From the NCBI GenBank assembly GCA_950097015.1, contig CATNEN010000015.1:1364001-1428000 (forward strand): a stretch of DNA of 64,000 nucleotides, in the 5' to 3' direction. This stretch comes from Macrostomum hystrix. Lineage: Eukaryota > Animalia > Platyhelminthes. The notes below the pieces were generated by a model. That model was not told the DNA's origin. It searched no databases and was given only the letters and a program-made list of their open reading frames with translations. Numbering within the stretch: the first letter of the stretch is position 1; each line of letters begins with the position of its first letter. Shown here in pieces: positions 19,462 to 31,400 of this stretch. A program made the translations under genes and the position numbers.

Positions 19462-22400
19462 ATGGCGACTGCGGGTTGGTCTTCTTCAATGCCTCGGTTT
19501 GGCAACAAAAATTCGACCGCAGCATTCAAGCAGCTGCTGGTCTTGTTGGTTCTGACATTCTGCTCGAGCTCTACTCAGGCGCAGCGAGATCCAGCGTCTG
19601 AGCATCAGCTGCAACTGCTGCTTCAGAAGCAGCAGCAACAGCAGCAAGAGACTCCCTGGCGTCAGAAGCTGACAAATTTTACAGGCAGAGATGGTCGCAC
19701 CCACTACTGGCCGATCCAGGACCAGAAGGTTTTCACCCCGGGCGACATCTACCTTGGCGGGCTCATGATGGTACACGCGCGCTCTGAGGACAAGGTCTGC
19801 GGCCGAGTCATGCACCAGGGCGGCCTGCAGGCCCTGGAGTCCATGCTCTTCACCATCGACTACATCAACAACAATGACATCATTGGCGATGGATTGAAGC
19901 TGGGCAGCTACATCAAGGACGACTGCGACAGGGATACGTATGGTCTGGATCAGTCTGTGGACTTCATCAAGGGTGAGCACAGGATTCTGTCTCAGGGGTG
20001 GCCATAAGCAAATTTTTGTAGCCCAGTGATTAAAACCTTCGAGCCTTATGTCAATAGCTCAAACTCAGCCCAAGCTGCCAAATGGGTACGATATCTCAGC
20101 TCTGTGGCGGCATCCCAGTCCACGGACTGAATAACTGTACACAGCTTTTGGAAGCGCCGCGCAATGGCTGGTCGTACACAGTGGCGTAGCCAGAATTTTT
20201 TCCTAGGGAGGCCGGGCCTGTGGGAGGACGCCGCTACCACAGGGGCGCCACATAGTTTCGTCAGCCGATTGGGGCGCCGCAGCCACCTTGCCCCCCTTAG
20301 CTACGGCCCAACTAGGCGTGATTTCTATTTCAGGCGTTAATGAGCTCTCAAAAAACTTGTAACTGACTATCTTTAGTTGAAGTGCAAACAATCTGCTACT
20401 CAGAAAAAACCCGCTTATCCAAACACAACCAAATCTCTGAGACTGCGGATTTAGCCAAAGTCTAGACACCGACAGCTAGTCCAGCATCCCTAGGGAAAAT
20501 CTGAGCAGCTTGCTAGAATTGCGGTGAGCTACTCTGGGAAAGATTAGGTCTGATGTCAGCGCGCAAATCCCGTCTGATTTTGCAGCGAGTGAGATTTCCA
20601 GCAGCAGAATGAGGCCCACGGGAAGTTTAGTACAGCTACACCAGCCCTTCTCTCCGTGCCGCTTTTCTATTGATGGATCGGAAACTGGGCAAAGGTTGGG
20701 AATCGGTTAGACTAGACGAGGCTGGAAGAAAGGGTCTATCACTGCACCTCTTCCGCAACTGCCGCCGGGGGGTGCTAAGTGGCCCTGTCAGACACCCCGT
20801 AAGTGGATGATGATCGCTGGCCAGGGCATCCTTGGCGCCTGTCAGGGTCACTTAGATGGTCATCAGGCAAACAGGCTTTCCTCCTGGGATGTTGAGCTAA
20901 TACCCGAATGAATTCTGTACACTTTTGCTGCGGAAAAAGTCATAGCGGCTCACTAATATTCGCTACTTTCAAACCTACATCTTTAAAGATAATTGTACCG
21001 ACAAATTAAGTTAGTCGCATCAATATATTAAGAAAACTTTGAACTGCATCTTTCTACTTTGTGGAATCGAACCCCGGACCATTCTGCAACTCTTGCAATA
21101 TGCTGCAGGAAGGTTTAAGTCTGGCTAAAATGAAAAAAGTCAGTGAACTGACTGATAATTCAGCAAACTGATGAAGGATGCAGGTTTCACTTCAGCACAG
21201 AACAAGGCCATTTTAGCTCACAGAATGACAGAATGAAAACACTGGCCAAGTATTGCCGGCACCAATGCAAATGGCTGCCCTGTGAATACGATTCCGTAAA
21301 TTGTTTATCCAAAGCCTGGGTGTGTGGGAGGGTTATTGAATAATGCATCGCCCTTGGCGTAGCCGCAATTCTTGCCTTGATATTCCCTGCATCCTCGCCT
21401 CGCATTGTGGGTCTCTTACAACAGGCAATAATATTTTACTTGCAATGTACGGTATCAAATCTGTCCTTCGCTATCCCAAAACAGTTTCAAAGTAAAATGC
21501 CTAAAATCCATTTAGTCCTTAGTGAATGAGATTTCATTGGCCATCCCTACCGAAACGACTTCCTGGCCGCAAACGAAAATCCTATCTTTACGCTTCATTC
21601 CAGTAAAACCCTGAAATTAAGTTGGGGATTCGCCCTCTCCCAGTCACGAGCTACATTTTTATTCTCGCTCCTCTGAGCTTTACCGGTTTTTAATCCTTCC
21701 AGAAGCCATAATTAATCTGACTGACAAGCCCGAGCTTAAAAGTTGAGAAACTTTAGGAGTAGAGCGTTATTTTTCTTCCACAGAAATTTTCCAACAAGAA
21801 GAGTGGGGAGTCAGTGAGGCTCAAACAGGAAAAACCCGACGTCCATGGAAAGCATTATGAAGCAGAAATTTCAGTGATTAGACAAGGCCTAAAAAAGAGA
21901 GCAGTTTTTTTATAAATTGCCGGAGTGGACAGGATCAGATTCATGGCTGATTCCCAACCAACCCAGCCCACCTGTCCATCAGGCGGGACGCCGGGGTCGC
22001 ATATCACGCGAATCGCTCAGTTCTCTGCCCCCTCTATCCAAATGCGCTCCCTCAGCTCCTCTGCTTTTCAATTTCCCGCTCGAAGCGGCTAGATGCGCCA
22101 CCTTTGTGCCTCCGTCAATCCAAGTCTGAGATAATTTTGCAGGGCCGGGGCTGGCAGTGCGGCGACAGCTCTTACTCATTCAGCTCACTATTCTCAATGT
22201 TTTACTCTTCTCTAGCTTCCAAAATGTATAGTGCACCTCATCATTTGTCTTAACTCCTATGCGATCTGATCTACTGTGTGAATTCCAATCGGCATCAACT
22301 TTCTCACCTGCCCCCTTGCACCTATTCTCGGCGCAATGAGATCACGAATTCGAGAAACGTCGATAATCATCCGCCAACGGATCTCTTTCGAGCAATCAGC

Positions 22401-25400
22401 AGGCGCTCTTTGATGTTACTGCCGGGCTAAATCGAATTGCAGCGAACCAACAAAATCCAATTGCTCCCATGTCAGAGACTAATATAGATGCGGCATCTTC
22501 CGAGTCAAATGACCGAGGAATCCAACCGGCGTGTCTCCCTTGACGTCTTCTTTCGCTGCCTGCCATCGGTGGAATTCGATTCTCTGGCAGTCAAGCGTTC
22601 AACCGTTAATTTCTTTATTATTATTAACACTCGCAGAGCACAGAACAGAAATTCCCTCTCGCATCAGCTGCGGCCGCTGAGCAGCAAACAGCGCCACGCA
22701 CTCACGCAGCAGCAACAGCCTTCTCGGAGGGCCGTCTCTGGTCCCATCTAGTGCGCGTGAGCCAGCTCGTCCCTCCCAGCTCTGTTGTGAGCTGCAACGC
22801 AAGTCAAGCAAAAACTGTCAGCAATAGAAATTCTCAGATAGCATTTTTTTACAATCGCGAAGATCCCCGCTGTGGGAAACGCTCCATTGCGAAGAGGTAC
22901 TTTAGCGCGCCCAGGAGTGGGCACTCGGAGATCTTGTCAGAAGGGCCGGCATGAGCGCAGGGCTAAATCACCCGGACACACACGGGCCTTCCAGACAGCT
23001 TCTTGAGCGCTGTGCGCGGCCGTTGTACTCACAGGCAGTCAAAACAAAAGCTTCCGACGCGGTTTTGTCTGAAAAAAAAACAATCAATCAAAGAAATTTC
23101 TTGGGATTTCCGTTATACGTGCGTTTTCTACAGCTATATTTTAATTCAAGTTGCAATAGTCTGATAGTCTTCATTGACGTCGAATAACACAGAGTTTCTA
23201 CTCCAGCTGTTAGCAATCTGGTTTGGCTGTACCTGGCCTATTTTTCCTACAGAATTTCATAAACATATCATTCATTTAAGTTCCTTCCAACAAGCCAAGG
23301 TAGAGTTTGTGAAAGAGAGACTTTCTGAGAAAAAATGCCTTCAAGTCAAGGACTACATCGGGAGTTTTCTGTGTAATTCTAGTCGACTAAGGTGCACGCG
23401 AAGGACAGTTTGAAAGCTAAGGGTTGAGTTGTGCTCACCGGCTCACTATCGTCACCGGTCTCTCTCTTTTCCCCTCTATACAATCTCTATTGTGTATTGC
23501 TGCTGCAGACTTTCGATTGAGACCACAGAAGTTTTGCTTTAAAACAAATTATGAAGGTATTTTGTGGGATTTCACAGGGATGCCAGACTACTCCTTTGTC
23601 TGAACCTGTTCTCGCCCCTCCACTCTCTGATCCCACAGTCTTAATCTGCAGCAGAGTTTCTGAGTTCTCCGCACACAGTTCTACCTTCCGCATCATAGCA
23701 ACCAAATACCTTCTCCTCCTGATTTTCAGCTCACCTGTCCCGCCCTCACTAAGCCATCCAGAGCAGATGCTTTCAGGCCCGTTTAGAATTCATTTCGCCT
23801 CGCAAATGCGGTCTCTCCAAGTCGATCTCGCCCTCCCGCGGCGCTCCCTCACCCAGCTAAAAAACGAATTGCCGGCCTCCAGGTGGCAAGTGCGGATGTC
23901 ACGCGGCGGCTTTCACGATGGCTGCTCTCCGAGTGTCTCCGGCGCACTCGACCTGAGGCCCAGCCTGTACAATAATTTCTGCTCTTCCGGACATGCCGCG
24001 AAAGCGGAGGAAAGATTTGAACCGATTTGGAAGCCGAGAGAGCTAGATCAGGCCGGAAGAGAGTCTTTTGAGATCGTATCATTCGCTCAATCTAATAATT
24101 GCACTATCAGGGCCATGCCGCTGTTGACAGCCACTGAGTTCCAGCAATCTAAAAATGATAGGCATACTCGTCACATATGAAGTCAGCTTGGTAGAAGCTG
24201 TAGTTATCATTCTCTCCCGAACACAACACCTGCCTTGAAGGTGAATTAAGCCTCAATCATCTGTCGGTTAGTCTCATCGCTACGAGTACTCTACTTTGCC
24301 ATGTCATTGTGAGATGTCACGACGCATGAGGGCGCGGGAAAAAAACTAATTTCTGACGTCATTTTTTGTGCATGCTTCCTCGAGGAAAGAGCAGCGGTGA
24401 GCCTGTCATTCTGTCCGTGATGCCGTCTATCTGTCTGTCAAGTAATCCCTGTTTGCTACGCACCGTTCATTAGTATCTTTCAAGGCACGCGAAGTCTTAC
24501 TGTAATTATTATTATTTTGTTCCTCAGCGTTTTATCTCTTCATAATCTGAAAAGCGATGTCCCCACCCCCCAGATTCCTCCCCAGCAATCTCTAACCCAC
24601 CCCTGTGCCTCCTCTCAGGCCTGTGGTTTCAGTCAGCATGCAGGGTGTGGTCTGCGGCCCGCCCCTGCTCCAAGACAGCTGCGGGGCCGCTAGGGACGAT
24701 GCGATATTCAGTGCCAGCGGGGACAGGGGATGACTGCACCGCTGTACCGCTCAGGGCCTGTAGTTCGGAGAAAACTTGCTGCACTAATGGCGAAGTCAGT
24801 GCTCGACATGCGATGCTAGGCGCTGTCTTACAGTATCCAGCCAAGTCCTGAACCAATCCCAAAACAGGTCTCTCCGTTTTGCAGGTTGGTTAACGTCAGA
24901 TAGAAGCCTGCAGTTATTATGTGGGAAACAGGTTTACTGGTCTAACATTTGGCAGCCACATTCCACACATATATACGAGTATATATTTATATGTTAATTT
25001 TATGTAGGCTATTTCATGTGGAAGATTCCCATCTTTCAAAGACCTTCCCCAGAACTATTGATGGCTGTGGTAATTCAGTTCCATAACAGCCAGCCGCTCC
25101 ACCCTCGCATGTCAAAGAAGTCGCTGTCCTGGTATTCATGTTCTTGTCTTTGACCGTCGAACCAAAAGGCCATGCCATGCTGCACTGAAGTCCGGTGTCG
25201 GTTTCAGCTCAAAGTTTTCAGCTCAATGAAGTCTCTGCTCTTGGTTCTTCAAAGGGAGATTTGGGGTTTGCCCAAGTATGAGTAGCTGGCCCATTAGAAG
25301 ATGGATAATGTGGTTGCCTGACAGACATTAACACGGAATGCTTCCTTTGACTATCAGGGGCTTTTCCGCAAAATATTTTGCCATATTCCATTACTGAATT

Positions 25401-28400
25401 GAGACTAAAATTCGAAGAGTAGCAATACAAACCATTATTGAGATTTTAGGTGGACGAAGGTATTCGATAATGCGTAGTCAAAACACTTATAAGACACTCG
25501 TGGTGACGCGCATTAGTTCAAGTTGCTAGTACTTTAAAAGCCGTTAATAGAAATTTTTCTCCAGGCGGTTTGGCTTCGAGATATCCGGTAAAACTGTTTT
25601 GTAAGCCAAAATCAGTTGTTCCTCGCCGCCATTCTACAAAGCCGTGCTGTATTTCAGCCTTCTAACACCTCTTAGAATTAATTGCAGTCACGATCCGGCC
25701 GAATGGGGCTTAAAGATCAGCTGGAACTCAGTAGATGAGGCGCCTTTTTCGTCAGCTTCGGATGCTGCGGTGATGTCGAGTGTGCCAGGATCCGGGCTAA
25801 ATGCTGCGACAAGCTTCAGTGCGGGGCCCATTGAATGATCTCAAGTGGGCGAAGCCGTGACTGGCCGCAATTAGTGACTGAGCCAGGGCGACAGTTCAGT
25901 TTTTAGTTTGTGAGGCAGGCCGGCTCTCGAAGTGATTCTGTGATTCTGAACTTACAATTTAGTTTATTTACGCCGTCACATTAGTCGACGCGACGCGTTT
26001 AAGCATAGAATAGTGCAAATTTTGTCAGTTTGATTCTTCTGGGGCAGAAAACCCGCAGCTATTTTTAGTGTCCCTCCCTTCTAAAAGTAAAGCGATTAAT
26101 CCAAGCTAGATAAATTTCTAACCCGATGGTGGGCGCTAAGCGATCCATTCCAGAGCATCTAGTCCATTAAGGTCTCACTGAATCGAACGCCGGACTGTCA
26201 AATACTTTTCCTCCTGTGTCCAAGCAGACAAAATCTCACCTGCAGCTCATTCCGCAAAGATCCGGTTCTGCAGTTGCGATGGTGGGCGGGCCTGAGCACA
26301 GGCATATCGCTGGTCAGTTACAAGCACTTCTGTCTCAGCCGGCTCCTTCTGTGAACACCCTCAGAGCTCGCGGGCCTTCCCTCATCGATTGTTGTGTCTC
26401 GTGCTCATTCTTGAGTCCAACGCTTTCTGTCTCTGTCCCTCCCGGTGGGTTTCATTTCACTCAATAGGGATTGAGGTCCCCAGCTAAGAGGTGGGGACTA
26501 TGAATGACACTCGGATAAGTGCGAGGCAGAGCGTCGATTTTCCGCTGTCTCACAGTGGAACTCTGAGCGGACTCAACAATTTTTCCTCTTTCTTTCAATT
26601 TGAAAGGCAATCTCGGCTAGTGTTCTGATTTTATGAGAAGTAGCGAAAGACACAATGGAAAATCATGGCAATTCCACTTCAGCTTGAATGCAGTTCGACT
26701 AAAAGCGGAAGGGAACTCACTGCCTAGCTTAGTCGATGCATTGCAATGCCGTGTACTATGTTTGAGGAGCCTATTGGGTCTGAAAGTCGAGACAATTAGA
26801 ATCGAGAACATATTTGTTTCCGAATTTCGATACATGACACTTAGCTACTCAAAGAGTTCTTTGGACTCATTGTTAAACCCAGTCCGAATTTGTTCGATTG
26901 CATGGGCAGTAGCAATCAAAAAGTGGTACATGGACAGCAATCTAAAGTTGAGCTTCTTTTGATAAAAGATAACGAATGCTTTTTACCTGGGGCCATCTAG
27001 GTTTTGCCAATGGATTTTCAATAATCAAGCATCCAAGATGGAGCGGCCTAGAGATCAGAGAAAAGTTGGTCGGATAACTATTTCAATAATTTTCTGTCAA
27101 CGGCAGAACTAGCAATATTGGACCTTTGAAATCTGATGAGTTGCAGAGGTAAATGTCGTGGAATGACATTGACTTGCATCGATTTCTGGCTATGAGATGA
27201 GTTGAGTCAGATTCTTAGGCTGCATGCAACTCAGCATAGTGGCTGAATCTACAACGCGTTGGAAATTTTCTGGTGATTTTATGATTCATTATGGACAAGC
27301 GATTTGAAGGTCGGGGGTTCGATTCCCGACACCATTTAAAATGTTTATGCCCTTTAGCAAGGCACTTAACTCTGCATGGCTTTAGTTCACTAAGCTGTTA
27401 ATTGGGTACAAGTGTTAGCTCGGATAGTTAAGTATGGGTATGGCATCCTCCCAGTCCATGGACTGAAAAGTTGTACGCAGCCTTCAGATACGCCGCGCAA
27501 TCGCTGTCGGCTGCACATCTGGCTCAATCGGGGCAGGTGTAATGAGTTATTAATTGTATTTTTAATATTTAAAATCAATAGTAAGTCATTCAGGTCGCAC
27601 CTATACTATAATAATCTTGCAAAACGTCATGAACTGCCTTTTTGCAGCCTCGCCCAAGGTGATGTCTGGCCAGGCGGAGTGTCGCAACCGGCACGACAAC
27701 ATCCCGCTCATCACTGGAGTGGTTGGCGCGCCATCATCGATAACGTCCAATCATGTAGCCTCCTTACTCAAACTGTTTGACATTCCACAGGTAGGCAAGG
27801 CTGGGATGAGCCTAATGAGCTCTCAACTTCTAGAATGACCAAATTAAGACAAAACTTCTCCCTTCCAGATCAGTTTTTTTTCAACTGCTCCGCAACTGTC
27901 CAACAAGAACAGATTCCCCTACTTTCTGCGCACGATTCCGTCAGACAAGTACCAGGCGGAGGCGATAGTCGAAATAATCAAAGTCTTCAACTGGTCCTAC
28001 GTCTCCATAGTTTACGAGGACTCCAAGTATGGCAGAGAGGTTTGTTGACTCCGAGTTTTCAACCGAAGCGTTGAGAGGGGCTATACCACGAAATTATCAG
28101 ACTGGGAACGCAAATTAAATAATGGTTTGCTTATCCAGCAGGTGTAAATGGACCAATGAAAGAAAAGGTGTAAATTATGCTGGCTCTCTGGTTCAGACAT
28201 TCACTCAGTGAGAAAATATTACTCAGTGAAATAACTCCCGAACTCACAATGCTCCCGAACCCGCCAGGCTTTCGAAGAGCTGGAGAAGCTGTTCCGCTTG
28301 AACGGCATCTGCCCGGCCAAAGTAGAAACCCTGCCGCGAGACTCGAAGCTGGCAAAGATCAAAGACTACTATGACAAGATCGAGCGGTTGGTCAAGCATC

Positions 28401-31400
28401 GGAACATGTTTCAGGGCATGGGGGCATCCGGTGAGTGGAACATGTTTCAGGGCATGGGGGCATCCGGTGAGTGGAACATGTTTCAGGGCATGGGGGCATC
28501 CGGTGAGTGGAACATGTTTCAGGGCATGGGGGCATCCGGTGAGTGGAACATGTTTCAGGGCATGGGGGCATCCGGTGAGTGGAACATGTTTCAGGGCATG
28601 GGGGCATCCGGTGAGTGGAACATGTTTCAGGGCAAGGGGGCATCCGGTGAGTGGAACATGTTTCAGGGCATGGGGGCATCCGGTGAGTGGAACATGTTTC
28701 AGGGCAAGGGGGCATCCGGTGAGTGGAACATGTTTCAGGGCATGGGGGCATCCGGTGAGTGGAACATGTTTCAGGGCATGGGGGCATCCGGTGAGTGGAA
28801 CATGTTTCAGGGCATGGGGGCATCCGGTGAGTGGAACATGTTTCAGGGCATGGGGGCATCCGGTGAGTGGAACATGTTTCAGGGCATGGGGGCATCCGGT
28901 GAGTGGAACATGTTTCAGGGCATGGGGGCATCCGGTGAGTGGAACATGTTTCAGGGCATGCGGGCATCCGGTGAGTGGAACATGTTTCAGGGCATGCGGG
29001 CATCCGGTGAGTACTTGAGTGAGTACTTGTGCAGCCGACAGCACAGCGGCGCATCTGAAGGCTGTCTACAACTGTTCAGTCTATGGACTGGGGTAGCCAC
29101 ACCACCCTCTTTTATCCCAGTTGATGCTGGTACCCATTTAACAGCTGGGTGAACTGAAGCAATGCAGAGTTATTTGTCTTGCTAAAGGACACAAATCGAC
29201 ACAAATACCAGTGGAAATGGGAATCGAACCTCCGACTTTTAAGTCGTAAGCCCGACGCTCAAACCACGTTTAAAATCTGGCTATAACCCTTTTAAATATT
29301 TTTAATATAAGTTTAAAAAAATTAACTGTAGCAAGATGCAAGAGTGCAACACTGAATGCCTTGAATGTTGCACTATTTCATTCACACAGATTAATGGCAT
29401 TTATTTGCTTGATGGCTTGATCTTGGTCAGTTTGATTTAGTAGACGACAGATCTGAAAAAATCAAGCAACTTCGTTTGGAATTTTTAGCTAGACAAACAC
29501 TTTGGCCAAGATAATGGACAATGGTCTCGACTATTTGCAGATTGTGAAGATAGCATAGGCTGCTGTCAAAGCTAACCCAATCAGTTCTCACAGCTGCCAC
29601 GACCCCTGCACCCAGGTGTGGTCATATTCGGCTCAGACCAGGAGGTCGGCGACTTCATGTCGGCGGTGCGCGACCTGAACTACACGGACAGGTTCAGCTG
29701 GATCGGCTCGGACGGCTGGGGCGCCAGGCCGCTGGTGTACAAGGACAACAATGAGAGAGCGGTGAGCTGGCTTTGACCTTGGCTTGATCCTCATGTACAC
29801 TATCGAATAGGCGAGTTCGCAGGCGTTTCATTTGGCGGTTCAACGACTTGAATGTCAGGAGAAATTGGATATGAGTTGGCAACGTTAAAAAGTTCATTGT
29901 ATGCTTCACCTAGGACTGTAATTTAAAGTCATTTCTATTGCGCCTGTCGCCATACTTTTTAGCTCATTATGAGAATACCTTACACTGAGGCCTTTCTGAT
30001 CTCAGTCTAACTCGGCAATTATAACGAATCTTCAAACCGAACCAGACGTCACTGAATTGGCATCTTTAATTACTTTCTAAACGGATATTAATCGCGAAAA
30101 ACAAGCCTAGTATTTTGACCAGCGATATCCTATTGCGCTGATTAATTAGATACTGGTCTAGCAGTTTTCAAAACATCCTGTCTCGTTGTCTCTGGCTGTC
30201 TCGTCAGCTCGCTGGTTTCTAAAAGTAGCAGTTTTTTTCCGTCCTGAATTCGACCCTGTGTCCCCTTGTGATCCCTGTGAGGACATGGATTGAGGACCCA
30301 GTGATCCTCAATTATCTCTGATCCTCATGTCATGTTGTAGGGAAGTTGAAATTTTAACAGGCTACAAACAGACGGCAAAGCTTTCACTAATTACTTGACA
30401 AGATCATGTGCCAAGAAGTCAACACCTGTGCGGATACAGAAGATGCAGGCGCGAAAAATCACCACTGCGATTTACGTTTCGATAATTAGTGAGGCGTTTT
30501 CCTGCCAACAAATTCGCACCAGCGCCTCATTAGCTGCACTTTTCGACGTGCGCGAAGCGCGTAGGTGGAAGTCGAGCATGCGCAAGATTCGTGATAATCA
30601 ATCTTTTCACGATCTGCGCCTGGCATTGTGGCTTCTGCTGTTGTTGTTCTCCCCACCGCAGCGCAGAGTGCTGTCCGCATGGCGCTGTCAGCAGGAATCA
30701 GCGGCTACTTATTCCTCAGTGCACGATGGGCCACATGCATTTCATCAACCCAGACACACCAGTTGTCACGGGCCTTCACGCGGTGCGGCAGCGGGTTGAG
30801 CCTGACACCATTTGGACAGTGAAAACTGCAAACCGTTTCCCATTCTCTTAAAATCTGAATTTCAGTACTTTTAAAAGTTCGGTTATAGAAGTGTAAATTT
30901 GAATGAACTTTGAGTGGTAAGTGTCACATTTATCTTGGAAAGCACTGTCGGATAGCACTATCGACAGTCACAGTTAAAAAATATTCATAAATTAGAAATC
31001 AAGAAACGAAGCGATTCATGGGAGAGGGTGAGGGTGCAGTGGGAAAAGTGGATAGAAAGATTTTCAAAAATTCTCTAGCATCACACTAGAATTCGGTGAG
31101 CAGCTATCCCAGGGGATTTAGAAGAGCTGGGCTACAATTTGTACTCGGAGCTGGCCCGATACCGCTGGCCTTTGGCGTGCTTCTCATTTCTGTGGCGAAA
31201 GCTCCCTGCAGAGAGTCCCAAAAGCAATTTAGCCGAAGGCGCTATCTTAAGGTCTGGGGCTCTGATATTTAACAGAGGCCTGTCCATGCACGCGACCCCG
31301 GCACTGACCGCTTCAAAGGCGACGACACTTTGAGATGCTCTGAATTAAGTAGTGAAGCCTGGGCCTGTGGCGAAGGGAAAAAGACGAACGGCCGAATGTG

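Noticed and set aside
21900-24200. Several 60-209-aa ORFs in GPCR intron 1 (e.g. 23551-24180)
   Set aside because: No recognisable motifs, splice-consistent partners or coding-like composition.
25040-25440. Possible LINE reverse-transcriptase remnant
   Set aside because: Only faint resemblance across stops and frameshifts; needs tBLASTx.
26600-27290. Possible hAT transposase remnant on the minus strand (QIRTGFNNESKELFE*LSVMY)
   Set aside because: Suggestive only; multiple stops and no catalytic motif or TIRs seen.
28401-29012. CRISPR-like array (36-bp repeats)
   Set aside because: Units are head-to-tail with no unique spacers, no cas genes, and the context is eukaryotic.
28244-29054. 215-266-aa repetitive ORFs in other frames and strands
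   Set aside because: Artefacts of a stop-free 36-bp tandem repeat.
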